From contig OZ024743.1 of NCBI GenBank assembly GCA_964016885.1, positions 116,994,001 through 117,058,000 of the forward strand: a stretch of DNA of 64,000 nt, given 5' to 3'. The stretch is from Eledone cirrhosa (lineage: Eukaryota). A model generated the notes under the pieces. It was not told the origin of the DNA. It was given only the letters and a program-made list of their open reading frames with translations, and searched no databases. The position numbers and the translations under genes were made by a program. Shown here piece after piece: positions 1 to 15,558 of this stretch; position 1 is the first letter of the stretch; each line of letters begins with the position of its first letter.

Positions 1-735
1 AGTCGGCATCAAATCTATCAAGTGCAAGTCAGAGATCACCTTCTGCGACTGCAAATTGCAGTCAACCAACTCTACACCAGCTAGTTGTGATACCTCTTCC
101 CTCCCGGCAGCACATGTCAATCCTGTTGATGTAAATAATGAACAAAAGAGGCACCCTTGGCAGAGACCGATATCCAGATTGAATGGTTTTCATTTAGCAC
201 CATTTATCCGAACACAAATATTGGTACATACGTATAGAGACATCTAGGCAACAAAATGTTGACCATCAATCTCATACTCACGCAGAACCTTCCACAACAA
301 GTCCTGTGGAACGCGGTCATATGCCTTTCTGAGGTCTACAAAGCAGGAATACATCTCTTGACAGTACTCCCACGATTTCTCAAAAACCTGCCGCAGAGTG
401 AATATTTGGTCGGATGTACTGCACTCGGTGCGAAAACTGGACTGTTCATCGGCTAGCTTGGACTCACCAATCTCCCTACATCACTCTGCCAGACACTAAA
501 CATAGACTTTACCAGGGAGGCTTAACAAGGAGAACCCTCCAATAGCAGAGCAATCTCTCTTGTTTCCCTTTTTGAAAATTGAGATTATCTCTTCCGATTG
601 TCATTGCTTAGGTGTCATTCGAGAGATTCAGAGAAACCCGGCGCACACAGGTCAGTCATAGAATAATTTCTTTGTTTAAGGCTTTTTTACATCTCTGGCC
701 AAATTTCATCCTCTCCAGCGGCTTTGCCACATTGC
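1..735 (-). mobile_element. RTE-clade non-LTR retrotransposon RT fragment, decayed
   Basis: Minus-strand translation gives KAAGEDEI..., IFKKGNKRDCS..FSLLSLPGKVY and STSDQIFTLRQVFEKSWEY...CFVDLRKAYDRVP..LLWKVLREY, with stops; typical RTE RT motifs. Confidence 0.85.
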
Positions 736-1039
736 TGGATGTATCATAAACAAATTATACCTGACTCCTTAAATAAGAGCAGTTCGCAATTAAAGACGAA
801 ATTCTAGGCCTTACTAGAGTGTGTCTCAAAGATTGACGTTCCTCCTCAAAACCCGAAAATGTGACAAACATTCTCAGCTATTTACCCACTATAAAGCTCA
901 GGTGCTATCCACAATGAAATATGTTTTCTCATACAATGACAACCTAGACAGTATCTAGAGGAAGGCCAATTGATTGATTGATATGAAGTAATTCACAAAT
1001 ACATGCCAGCTTTTTCCACACAGATATTCTTACTCTAGT

Positions 1040-1106
1040 TCTCTCTCTCACTCCATCACCCCTCTCTCTCTCTCTCTCTCTCTCACACGCACACACACAC
1101 ACACAA

Positions 1107-1170
<64 letters not shown>

Positions 1171-1200
1171 CTCTTTCTCTTTCTCTCTCACACACACACA
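1040..1200. repeat. (CT)n/(CA)n microsatellite
   Basis: Direct reading. Confidence 0.95.
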
Positions 1201-2563
1201 CTCTGTTTTTACCGCTTCAAAACGACTTTTGCTCTTTGCAAGTGACTGGTTTCTGGCCACCTCTACTCAGGTATTTTCGACCCAATTCTCTCTCCTCTTC
1301 TCATCATCCATACTCTGCTCAACAGATAACGGATCACGCAAAATATTACGCCCAACTCCTACTTTCCAGAATGTCGGTCTTCTAGAAATTTCTTTTCGCA
1401 GCTATCATTCTGGCATTAGTCAACTTACAATAGATTAAGCGGTCTCGAAAGATTTGCGAACACCATAGTCACAAACCCTTGCCCTAAGCAAAAGAAATAA
1501 AAGAAAGGCTGTATATAGCTTGTAGAGTAACCACCTGAATGTTGTTCCATTTAGTGTATATGCTGTTTTATTTGTTATTTTAGTCCCAAATAAACACTCA
1601 TACGTGCAGATATACTATATCAGACATTGACTATGCTCCCTGTGATAATAGAAACTTTGAAATTGGTTATAAATGCATAATTAGGAGAGCAATATATATA
1701 TAGAGAGAGAGCAATGTATAATTAGAAGAGCAATGTAAATGTATAATTGGAAGTAGACTATCAGTGAATGTTCAAAATTAGGCAAATGAAGAAACTAAGC
1801 ATCTACATCACGACAAAATTCTTCAATAACATCATATTGGTAATGTTGCTATATATATATATAGTTACACATGGAGGAAAACTGCAAAAATTACCAAAGA
1901 CAGCTTGGGGCGACATCACGAAAGCTTCGTAACACGATCATACGGGAAACGGAGATACCTTTAAAATGAGCATCGCCCCACAGACACACAAACATGATGT
2001 TTGAATAACAAATAACGAGAACCTGGCCATATCCTGCGGTAGTCGCATCATAGAATAGAATAGATTGATAATCTAGATAGTTGTTTATATATATATTTAT
2101 ATATAATTCTTTTCATAAGTATCCTGTATACAACACATACATATATGTATATAACGCTATATTGGAGCGCCTATACTAAATTCATGCAAGCCCGGCTCCA
2201 TATGCAAATGAGATTCTTCAGCTCATATACATAGTTGAGAAATCTATAAGATTGTAGCTTATTTTGGGATCGGGGGAAACTAGCTTTGATAACCACTAAC
2301 AAGGTAGAAACAATGTTATTAATTGTTTCCCTTGCTTTTTGCTGAGACTAAGGATGTGTGACTTTGGTCAAAACCATGAAATATCCATAAAATGCTTTTC
2401 ATAAACATTCTGCCTACAACAGGTACAAATACTGTATGTGTATAACGCTATGTTGGAACACATTTACTGAATTTGACTTATATATATGTATATATATATA
2501 TATATTGTTATACTTGGGGAGGGTCATATTTGTGTAATATTGCTAGAAAAAAACCTCGCAAAA

Positions 2564-2615
<52 letters not shown>

Positions 2616-2648
2616 AAATTCAGTAAAGGTGCTCTAATATGAATTTGG

Positions 2649-2701
<53 letters not shown>

Positions 2702-2704
<3 letters not shown>

Positions 2705-3090
2705 AGTTTATATAGAAAATACTTCTACTGGACTAGTACTGTTTCATTCGTATGAAATCATCCCGATGATTTCATACGAAAGAAAAAATACTAGTCCAGT
2801 AGAATCCATTTCTATATAAACTCCTGTTTTCTCTCTACACATGTATTGAGTACATTATTTACTGTTGAATTGGCAGTATCGGTAGAGGATCTGACGCCAT
2901 ACTTTCCAGCATAGTTACGTCCCTTTACGATCTGAGTTCAAATCCGGCATAGGTTAACTTTGCCTTTCGTCCTTACGGGGTCGATAAAATAAAGTACCAG
3001 TAATGTACTGGTAATTGCTGGCGTTATGCCTAAAATAGAAACAATTATTTACTGTGTTTACACTTGACTAAACCCGGGACCTACCAATCA
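2702..3090 (+). mobile_element. Fold-back mini-element (family B) with partial hammerhead and 3' tail, interrupted by a SINE
   Basis: Inverted repeat 2702-2825 centred at about 2763; left arm on the minus strand reads GATGA-TTTCATACGAAT-GAAAC-AGTACTA-GTC; homologous to 49085-49255; flanked by (TA)n. Confidence 0.6.
2866..3043 (+). mobile_element. tRNA-derived SINE with 12-bp TSD
   Basis: A-box-like TGGCAGTATCGG, B-box GAGTTCAAATCC, core TTGCCTTTCGTCCTTACGGGGTCGATAAAATAAAGTACC; ATTATTTACTGT at 2854-2865 and 3044-3055. Confidence 0.9.
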
Positions 3091-3103
3091 TATATATATA
3101 TAT

Positions 3104-3260
3104 TGGAGGAAACAATTGTAAGCAAATAAATGATTTAAACTGAACTTTGATTAATGTAATCTCTATATAACTGCTCTGTAAAACAACTGATGTTATTACA
3201 TTGAGCTATTTATCTTACTGGTAATAAGATAGTAGTGAATGACTATCTTTCACTATTTAG
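3104..3260 (+). mobile_element. 5'-truncated PLE-like end: hammerhead 3' half plus bulged hairpin
   Basis: GAAA-C-AATT-G-TA at 3109-3120; GCTC-TGTAA...TTACA-TT-GAGC hairpin at 3173-3206. Confidence 0.5.
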
Positions 3261-3444
3261 GGTTTGTATATAAAAAATATATAACCATAAAAGGTTTTAT
3301 TATATACATAACCATAAATAGTATCCTTAATACTATCTATGTATGTATGTATATATATATATATATATAAATATATATATAAACACACACATATACAAAC
3401 AAACATATATATATATATATACATACATACCTATATATATACAC

Positions 3445-3503
<59 letters not shown>

Positions 3504-3649
3504 TACATATACAATCGTAATTTTATGAGTGTTACCGAATTATGAATATATGTTAGATTAAAATTAATACCTTCAATACAGGTATTTGACTTTGTAGAAT
3601 AATCTAAGTTGGGAGTACAAGCAACTAGGGAAGGAAAAACGTGAAGCGC

Positions 3650-3717
3650 GCAGCCTGCGAGACTCGAAATCACACGCGCCGTTTACAAGACGGCTCCGCT
3701 ACCTGTTACATGAAAGC
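3650..3717 (-). pseudogene. tRNA-Thr(UGU)-like pseudogene or SINE head
   Basis: Anticodon arm GCCGT-CTTGTAA-ACGGC, T-arm-like GTGATTTCGAGTCTCGC; acceptor stem degenerate. Confidence 0.4.
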
Positions 3718-4156
3718 AAGTGAGAAATACTGCCTTTATTTTAAGACTTATCTATCGGTTAGTAGGTAAATATATATACACAGGCACACCCACACGCGCG
3801 CACACACATTCATATATATATATATATATGAGTGTGTGTGTGTGTATGTATGTATATGTGCATATATGTTTATATATATGTATATTTCTCTATCACTCTT
3901 TCTATATACATATATATCTATGCGTGTGAATGTATAGTGAGTATTTTTCACCGTAGTCAGGTGTCTCTGTGTATCCGCCATAAAAAAAACTTAAAAGTCT
4001 GTCTCTGAATATATATTAGTAATAAATAAATGTTTTCTGTCGATGAGATTTGTAAAAAAGTAAGAAAAATGTATAAATTTCTAATCGATTTTATATTTTA
4101 TTTTCAAATCAGTTATTGGAAAGACAGTATTAAGAATACATAGTTTATCACTGAAA

Positions 4157-4199
<43 letters not shown>

Positions 4200-4230
4200 T
4201 TATATATATATAGAGAGAGATAGAAATACA

Positions 4231-4305
<75 letters not shown>

Positions 4306-4478
4306 GTTTTCATATAAAAACATACATACAAACGCGCACCGACTAACAGACACTCACATATTTTCTATTTCTCAATTTGAGGATTCCCGCTGTGTGATAT
4401 TAGATGCATGTATGGTGTTTATATTGAATACACATATATATGTATATATATATATATATATGAATGTATGTATGTATG

Positions 4479-4568
<90 letters not shown>

Positions 4569-4713
4569 TGTGTATGTATGTATGTGTATATATATACATA
4601 TATATACATATGCATTTATGTGTGTGAGTGTGTGTGTATCTGTATTTACCTCTCACACATATATACACGCACACAAACGCAGATGCAAATTATACACTCA
4701 CACACATACATAC

Positions 4714-4792
<79 letters not shown>

Positions 4793-5140
4793 TTGGTGTA
4801 TATACAATGTATAGGGGGGTGGAGGTTTCGAGTATTTAAGATTTAGTAGCTATGAATATAGCTTGGCTATAAAAATCCCACAGAAAATATAACCTTATTT
4901 CAAAATAGTGTTAATCGTAAATATGGTGGTGAGAGATCGTTAAATCTTAATTTAATTGACATCAATAAATTGAAAATATAAATTGTATTTATTTATCTGT
5001 CTATCTATCGAACTATCTATAAAGAATAAAAAAAATATAAACAATAAATAAAGAAAGATATCTATCTCTTTCTCTCTTTCTCTCTTTCTCTCTCTGTCTC
5101 TCTGTCTCTCTCCCTCTCTAAATAACTAAATAAATAAGTA

Positions 5141-5207
<67 letters not shown>

Positions 5208-5344
5208 TATATATAACTATGTATCTCTGTATCTATGTATTTATCTGTCTATCCATCTATCTATCTATTTATTTCTCACCTTCTTTTCCGCTCTCTCTCT
5301 CTAAATAAATAAATAAATAAATAATAAAAAAATAAATAAATAAA

Positions 5345-5379
<35 letters not shown>

Positions 5380-5628
5380 AACATATATGTGTGTGTATGT
5401 GTGTGCGTGCGCGTGTGTTTGTATTTATATTTATTTATATACTTATGCTTTGCATATGTATGATCAATTGTGAAAGGGGGATAGTGTGAATATTATAGAC
5501 AGAATGTATTAAAGATATGTTTACAACATAAAGGTGATAGAGATAATGATATCTGTACACACACACAGACACACACACACACACACACATATATATAAAA
5601 ATGTGTGTGTGTATGTGTGTGTTTTTAA

Positions 5629-5676
<48 letters not shown>

Positions 5677-5741
5677 ATATAGATGTGTGTGTGTGTGTGT
5701 ATAAGCCCGTTAAGTTTTAGTGGATATGTGTGCATGCTTGT

Positions 5742-5797
<56 letters not shown>

Positions 5798-5911
5798 GTG
5801 TGTGTGTGAGCTTCGGGGAGGGGGTTGTGCAGTGAAATTGTTTACATTTTCTTCTGAGCATGGCCAAACGAATGTTTGAGTATATTTATATACGTATATC
5901 TATCTATCTCC

Positions 5912-5972
<61 letters not shown>

Positions 5973-5980
5973 CATATATG

Positions 5981-6011
<31 letters not shown>

Positions 6012-6227
6012 TAAATATATATGAATATTTATATATATATGTATATATATATTTATATATATACATATATACATATATATTTATACATACATATAGGTAT
6101 ATATATGTACACCCACACACCCACACACACTCAGACGCACATATACACACACTCACACACACATATACATACATACACACACACACTCACACACACATAT
6201 ACACACACTCACACACACCCACACACA

Positions 6228-6357
<130 letters not shown>

Positions 6358-6414
6358 TAAAGTTAGTCCTTCATGAGTGATCTTCCAACCATCATTGGTA
6401 TTTCATCGCTTTAA

Positions 6415-6552
<138 letters not shown>

Positions 6553-6679
6553 ACATATGTGTATATATTGCAACTCTGTGCATACTATGATCTATAACAT
6601 GAAGAAGTCCCGACTATATGTATAATTAAGGGAAATAATTAAATGATACTAAAAACAATGTTAATGGCGGTGTTGATGT

Positions 6680-6681
6680 TA

Positions 6682-6731
<50 letters not shown>

Positions 6732-7038
6732 ATTGCTATTGTTTAAGTTGATAAGGATGCCAAAAAAATTGGGGGGGGGGGGGCTGTTAGAGATGAAGGT
6801 TTGGATGGAGTATCAAGTTGAATAAGATGATCAGGATGATGATAATTATTGCAGTGAGCTTGATGATGATGATTGCCATGAGCATGTATACGATCCTGAT
6901 GTTGATGATAATGAGGATGATGATGATGATGATGATGATGATGGGGATATTGATAGCGATGGTGAATTGGCTACTGATAATGTTGAATATGATGCTGCTA
7001 AATTATATTTTTGAGGATTTAAATTACTGCTGCTGCTG

Positions 7039-7087
<49 letters not shown>

Positions 7088-7140
7088 AACTACTACTACT
7101 ACTACTACTACTACTGTGGCTACTACTACTACTACTAATA
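6680..7140. repeat. (ATG)n, (CTG)n and (CTA)n trinucleotide repeats
   Basis: Direct reading. Confidence 0.9.
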
Positions 7141-7725
7141 ATAATTGTTTCTATGTTTGGCACAAGGCCAGCAATTATCACAATGTATTACTGGTACTTT
7201 ATTTTATCGACCTCGTAAGGATGAAAGGCAAAGTTAACATCGGAGGGATCTGAACTCAGACCATAAAGGGAGCAAAGCATGGCGTCCGACCCTCTACCGA
7301 TACTGCCAATCCACCTATAATAATGATTTCTTATTTAGTCCAACAATTTTGGTGTGAGGGAATATCGATTAAATCGACTTCAGTCTGTGTCTGGTACTTA
7401 ATTTCATCATCCCCGTAAGGATGAAAGGTAAAGTGAGCCTCGGCGGGATTTGAACTCAGAATGTAAAGGCCTGTAACTTTATGCCCCGAAGCATGGTTTT
7501 CGACGCTCTACCGATACTGCCAATAATAATAATAATAATTGTTTCTACTTTAGGCACAAGGCCAGCAATTATCCCAGTGCATTACTGGTACTTTATTTTA
7601 TCAACCCCGTAGGGATGAAAGACAAAGTCAACCTCGGCGGGATTTGAACTCAGATCGTAAAGGGACGTAACTATGCTGGAAAGCATGGCGTCCGACTCTC
7701 TACCGATACTGCCAATCCACCGCCC
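7141..7725 (-). mobile_element. Cluster of three head-to-tail tRNA-derived SINE copies (about 7141-7317, 7325-7524, 7535-7725)
   Basis: Each has CCCGTAAGGATGAAAGG-like core, GGATTTGAACTCAG-like B box and CTCTACCGATACTGCCAAT; separated by (AAT)n. Confidence 0.9.
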
Positions 7726-8331
7726 TAAAATAATAATAATAATACAGCTCTTCTCACGTTAGAGTTGTGGAAGAGATATCCATGATGATAATGATGAAAG
7801 ATTTTGTGCTGAAGATGGTGGTGATGGTGGTGGTGATGTTGTTGTTGTTGCGGTTTTTGTTGTTATTGGTGGTGGTAGCCGTGGTAGTGACGTCGATAAA
7901 TGTAACATTAACTATATATTATTTCTTTTATGAAACAGAAAACTATAAATTTTTTTATTAAACAGGAAAAAAAAAAAGAGGTTTTGTGAAGACGGTGGGC
8001 AAAGAAAGACGACGCATCTTATAAAATTCAGATTTTACATGTTCACGCAAGAAGCCTTTTGTGTAAGTCTTGTATATATTAACTTAAGAAAAAACTGTGA
8101 AGAAACGACGAAGGATTAGCATATGATGAGATTATATCTTGTCTTGGACAGATGAGCACATACATGCATGCATGAACACTCATAACTACATACGTATACT
8201 AGACGTGAACGCATACACTACAAACTGACACATACACGCACGCAGACACATATATATATAAATATATATATACATAAATAGGTAAACATTTATATTTTAT
8301 GCTTTAATCTTTCTCTCTCTCTCTCTCTCTC

Positions 8332-8434
<103 letters not shown>

Positions 8435-8490
8435 GTATATATATATATGTAATAATAATATATATCTGTGTGCATATATATATATATAAG

Positions 8491-8522
<32 letters not shown>

Positions 8523-8630
8523 CATATATATATACACACACACACACACACAAACACACATATATATCTATATATACATATATATATATTTATATATATA
8601 CATTTGATATACATTCCCATACATATATAA

Positions 8631-8717
<87 letters not shown>

Positions 8718-8969
8718 GCAGAACTTATATACATATGCATATATGCGTATAACCCATATTACTATCTTAAATTTTATGACAATCTACACATCGGTATCAC
8801 GTACGGCGTACATCGCCATCGAACTGTTTATCTTAAACGTGCTATGAAAATTTTAATAGGAAAATGTTTTTTTTCTTCTATTATGGGGACTGGAGGAGTG
8901 TTAGGATCGAATTTTACTGTCTGGTTTGAGCGTAGAATTAACACTTACATCAAAATTGCAGTGAATATG

Positions 8970-9006
8970 TAGTAGCAGTGGTTGTACTAGTAGTAGCAGC
9001 AGCAGC

Positions 9007-9079
<73 letters not shown>

Positions 9080-9080
9080 A
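8970..9080. repeat. (TAG)n/(CAG)n microsatellite
   Basis: Direct reading. Confidence 0.95.
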
Positions 9081-9195
9081 TGTTGGTTGCCTCAAGGACT
9101 CCGACCGAGGAGGACATTACAAGATAGTGTATGAAGTGTGAGGGTTTAATTAAAATCGAATGTGAGAAAAATAAGGTATACATAGTATAAATAAT

Positions 9196-9580
9196 TGTTT
9201 CTACTTTTGGCACAAGGCCAGCAATCAACCAGTGCATTACTGGTACTTTATTTTATCGACCCCGTAATGATGAAAGGTAAAGTTAACCTCGACAGGATTT
9301 GAACTCAGACCGTAAAGGGGTGTAACTATGCTTGAAGGTATGGCGTCCAACGCTCTACCGATACTGCCAATTCACCGCCTTTAGTATAAATAATTGTTTC
9401 TACTTTAGGCACAAGGCCAGTAATTATCCAGTACATTACTGGTACTTTATTTTATCGACCCCGTAAGGATGAAAGGCAAAGTTAACCTTGGCGGGATTTG
9501 AACTCAGACCGTAAAGGGACGTAACTATGCTAGAAAGCATGGCGTCCAACCCTCTACTGATACTGCCAATTCACCGCCTT
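9196..9580 (-). mobile_element. Two tandem full-length SINE copies
   Basis: 199-nt period; TAGTATAAATAAT at 9183-9195, 9382-9394 and 9581-9593. Confidence 0.9.
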
Positions 9581-9609
9581 TAGTATAAATAATGATGATG
9601 ATGATAAAG

Positions 9610-10240
9610 AGTTCTCCTGACAGAAGAACTTCCAATAAGGTCATCGAAGACCACCACAAATCCACCGTCACCATGACCAATAAAATCAAGTGCCCTTTCC
9701 CGATTTCCTTCTTCGAACTGCAGCCATCCACCTTTTATAAAACTCCCCTTTTCTTTCAAGTGGAACTTGAAAAGGTCCAATCCTCGTCCAAAATATAATC
9801 TGTTTTGCCATACGAGTAGACATGAAAAACTACCGACGCTTTCACATTAAAGAAGGGCGGTGGGCAATATTTGCGATAGATTCGGATGATAACTGTATCC
9901 TTTCTATGCATTTCAAACATTGTCAGAAAAATCTCCACAAATCAGTAATGCTTGGATACTGAAGTTTGACAAAAGTACATAGCTGTAAAGTTTATCTCAA
10001 ACCAGTAACAGACCGATGCAAGCGATTTCTGAACAGCATCAATAGTTCCTGGGTCGAATGTTTACTACAGAGACTACCTTCTCCATTCTCGCTGCACTGA
10101 ACACCACAGCAACTCATATTTTAAAGATTGCGAACGAAGAAGTTACATCACCTGCATTGCTCACCTGGAAGATAGCTGTGAGCTCCCGGCAATATTCCAG
10201 ATTCCAGTCACCTGTTTTAACCAGGATAACAGACTCCTGA
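9610..10240 (-). mobile_element. L1/Tx1-like LINE ORF2 C-terminal fragment, decayed
   Basis: Minus-strand peptides PGTIDAVQKSLA, SESIANIA..., AKQIIFWTR and LFKFHLKEK resemble the Tx1-type ORF2 C-terminus; frameshifted. Confidence 0.5.
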
Positions 10241-10299
10241 TGGGCTCCTAGCATGGTCACAGTCAAATTACAAAATCAATTAAAATAAAAATAGTAATG

Positions 10300-10535
10300 A
10301 ATGGTAAAATCGGTCGAACATCGGACAAATTACATAGTGCTTGTATTTGCTAATGTCGTTTTATTTGCTAATGTCGTTTTAAGATTTGATTTCAAATCCC
10401 GTTAACAGACCTACTTTAAATTTCGTCATTCTGCCGTCTGAAAAAATAAAAAGTACTAATCAATTATTAGATTAACATATATATAGAGTATTCCGTTCGC
10501 GTAAATGTGAGGCCTTGTTCCTATATAAGAAATGG
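10300..10535 (+). mobile_element. Old, diverged copy of the SINE family
   Basis: GATTTCAAATCCCG B-box-like, AAAATAAAAAGTACT, GGCCTTGTTCCTATATAAGAAA 3' end. Confidence 0.5.
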
Positions 10536-10949
10536 ATATACGGGTATTTAAATAATTAAATTATTTTTCGAGGTTACTGTCGTATAACACGTTTATCAAA
10601 CTACATAAATGTGTACACACATTTAGACACACATATTTATGCATGCATATATAAATATATATATATATATATTATATATATATATATATATATATTTATA
10701 CATAAAACACACACATATATATACTATTTGTATATCGTCGGAAGGTTATAAAAAGTTTTTACATTTAGAACTTGTTTTATATTTCTCATTTCTTTTCTTT
10801 TTATGTTTCTTTGACTTCACAGTTTGTACATTTCTGAATTTCTGTAACATAAAAGCAAACTTTATTTTTAAAGTTATAAGTTTAAGAAATTAAATATTCA
10901 TTTCCACCGCCTCCCCAGAAAAAATAACAAACAGAAATATAATATCAAT

Positions 10950-11790
<841 letters not shown>

Positions 11791-11855
11791 TAATCAAGGT
11801 TTAGCAAATAATGAAAAAGTTTCAAAATAAATTTTAAAAAATTGACTTTACTTAC

Positions 11856-11923
<68 letters not shown>

Positions 11924-12107
11924 AATCCGTGCATGCCCGTGTATGAGTGAGTGTGTATATGTATCCTTAGTAATAATGAATTCTTTTAAATTTTAATGAT
12001 TTATAAAAACACTTATTTCTATCTTATGTTGTTTGTTTATCCACTAGTAGTTTATGCCATAAAAGCTGTAAGTTTAGCTATCAGGTTCGCGATATTTCCT
12101 ACCCACT

Positions 12108-12790
12108 ATTTCTTCTTCTTCTTCTTCTTCTTCTTCTTCTTCTTCTTCTTCTTCTTCTTCTTCTTCTTCTTCTTCTTCTTCTTCTTCTTCTTCTTCTTCT
12201 TCTTCTTCCACCTATTCACGTGAGAGTCGTCGGAGCAGATTCCCCAGAGAAGTCTTCCAGAGGGTTCTATCAGAAGCAGTAGACTGCATTTGATTCGGCT
12301 AGGTCCCCAAGCGAGTCAAACCAAGCTCATGACGTTATCCAACTATATTGCTCGTAGTTTGAATCTGAGGTTCATGCCGGTTACTTTTGCTTCTAAAATT
12401 TGTCCAGCCATTTTTTCCTTACACATTCAAACCACATGTCCGGCGTATTGGAACTGTGATCTCTCGAATAGGAAAAGTAGTGGCTTCACTTGAAATTAAT
12501 ATCAGATCTCTGTACAATTCACCCTATTGTGACTTTACGCTAAATACCTTTTGAAGGAAGCCCATTGCGGCCGCTTGTATAAATGTTCGTATTAGTTCAA
12601 TCATTACCCAAGACAATAGGTAAAGGAAGCCATGAACACAGAATTAAAGATAGCGAGTTTGGCTTTTACACCTACACCCTTCTTCTGTTAACGGAGCACT
12701 AAATCCGACGCATTAAGATCATCAGCTCCTTCAAATCTTACATTTAATTCAGCTCCTACCTTTCCCAGGATATTTGAATCCATTCTATTC
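12108..12790 (-). mobile_element. RTE-clade LINE 3' end with (GAA)n tail
   Basis: Minus-strand KAKLAIFNSVF..., RTFIQAAAMGFL, VKPLLFLFERSQFQYAGHV and ASDRTLWK; (TTC)n at 12108-12208 on the plus strand. Confidence 0.8.
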
Positions 12791-13122
12791 AGCTTATAAT
12801 GGTACATGCATAGGTAAATAATAAGTTGATCAGAAACAGTTAATTAGTAATTACTTACACAAACATAATATACATAACATCCGCATATCATCAAGAATTA
12901 TAAAATGGGACAATAGTCAACCGAATACAAATAAGAATACACATAATATACAATTTGAGGCATTAACAAGCAGATATCGAAGATATTACGTGAAAAATTT
13001 TAAAAGATTGTTATTGTAATTTCTTGTAATTGATAGAATAATATTCATTACTGCTTAAATAATATACACAGAGATAAGTGTTAAATGCAGGAAACGAAGA
13101 GAAATTAGTTCAGAGGCCTCGA

Positions 13123-13174
<52 letters not shown>

Positions 13175-13229
13175 TAAAATAACAGACATTGAGCCCTCTC
13201 TGGATTTTAGTCTTCACATATGTTATTAT

Positions 13230-13286
<57 letters not shown>

Positions 13287-15282
13287 AATATACATATATA
13301 TAGGTATACACACACACGCGCGCACACACACACACATATATATATATATATACACAATGATATGAATAGGTAAAATAACTTGACTTAGTTGTTTTTATTT
13401 TCATTGTTAATTTAATAGCTAATATATATATATATATATATGTATGTATACATATACTTTATTATAATCGTTTCATTAAAATATACCCAAACTTACATCT
13501 GTAATACAGTATATTACATGACTTGGGGAATATTTATCCCATCAAGAGAAATTGACAAAACGACTTTCAATATAACAACAATGTCGTTATAACACAAATC
13601 TTCTAGTGCCGGATAATCATTTCGTTATGATGAATGCTACAATGTATTTGATATATATATAAAAAAAAACAGAAACAAGAAACAAAAGCTGGTAATGCTC
13701 GAAAATTATTAAGATGGAATATCAGAATATATAGATATTAATTATATGCAAATTAGCGCATTATTTTAATTAACTACAAACACAGGCGCTAATTATATGC
13801 AAATTAGTAAGTCCATTTCAGAATACTACAACCAACGTGTATATAAGCCAATTATATACACACATGTGTATATAAGCCAAGTATGGTTGTTTCGATATAA
13901 ACACCCTCTAATGAGAATCCAACTAGTCACGAAAATCGATTAATATCTTTATCATTTTTTTTTAAATTTACATTGTAATTCCTATTTTCAGGAATATTTA
14001 CATATGTCATTTCAACAAGATATATTTCATACATTACAGATCTTACGCTAATTAGATATACATATATCCTCCTTGTGATTGCTCTATAATCATTCCTATA
14101 GCTTGGCTGTTTTTCCAGTTGTTTCGACTTTATAAGCTGATAAGTGTGGATTTAATTCATTGCAATACATTGTTTCTCTCTTTCCTTGATATTGAAAAGA
14201 ACATTATAAATGAGAAGTCTCAATCATCTATACAAAACAGTATTCGTTTTAAATATTTATTTATTTATCTGTTTGTTGTCTTTTATTCAATTTTATGGAT
14301 TGAAACAAACATTCGTATTAATAGATTTTAACTTATATTTTTGATTTGTAATAAGATATTTATCTGCAAAATAAACAATCGGTGCAGTATATGTGTGTGT
14401 AATTTTTTTTTACCATTCATACAATTGATTGTTTGCTATCCAACACTATGTGGGTAATCTATACGTAAATGATCAAGGTTATTAGCTAATTTTATGCAAC
14501 ACTGAATGATATGGTATGATATGATAGGATATGATAATGATATATGATATGATATACAAACTTTCTCTTCCAGAGAGAAGATAATGCCTCTAGGTTGTTA
14601 TTCAAACGTTAGTGTATCACAAAAAAAAAAATGAATGTTTGATTATTACTGATTAATGCCTTATTATTGGAATTTATTTGATAATGCTTAATATATTTTT
14701 TTACATAAGATATGAATATGTTTGCTATTTTGAATTTTCAAAGTTAACATCAATATTTAAAGAAAGGAAAGGACAGAACGTTGTAGTTGTTTAACTATTA
14801 AGTTAAGAACAGAGCTACCTTCAAACGAATTCCCAACCTGATAATTCTCTCTTTTTTGTAAGCTAGTATATCTAGAATTATATCAAAATATCTCACGAGA
14901 CTAATGCCTCCCCATCCTGGCTAATCTATAAAATTATGGCAGCAAAAGGAATATAGATGACATTACCGAACAACAAAGAATAAACAAAGAAAAATACTTA
15001 ATTGTCAAATACTTGTTCGTCTTCAATCTTTTTTTATAGTCTTTTTATTTTTGCAGGTTATAGAGCATCCCATGTTGACTTTCACACATAATACTTTAAA
15101 AAATCCATTACTTCTTTTTCCAAATAAAATAATTTAAAAAAAGCCCATGTGTTTGTAAAAGTTATATTTGTTTGATATCATTCAGTCTTTCAGTGGCAAC
15201 CCTATATATACGATGCTTAAATGTTTAGCATCCATTTAAAAATGTATATTAGATATACTGTTTTTGTGCATATTTTCATCTT

Positions 15283-15369
<87 letters not shown>

Positions 15370-15372
<3 letters not shown>

Positions 15373-15500
15373 ATATTAAATAAATGGAAACTATATTTAA
15401 TATCATTGAATATTATACTCCAGAAAACTTGTCGAGTGCTTCGAATCAGTTATAAACATATATATTTGTTGAATTACCAACAAATTAAATATATCTTTTG

Positions 15501-15502
<2 letters not shown>
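15370..15502 (+). mobile_element. Family A mini-element: short inverted arm plus tail
   Basis: Homologous to 28521-28960; bulged hairpin at 15417-15437. Confidence 0.7.

Positions 15503-15558
<56 letters not shown>

Noticed and set aside
15035-15095. Possible splice acceptor and exon (polypyrimidine-TGCAG)
   Set aside because: No recognisable coding sequence or partner exons; not supportable without RNA data
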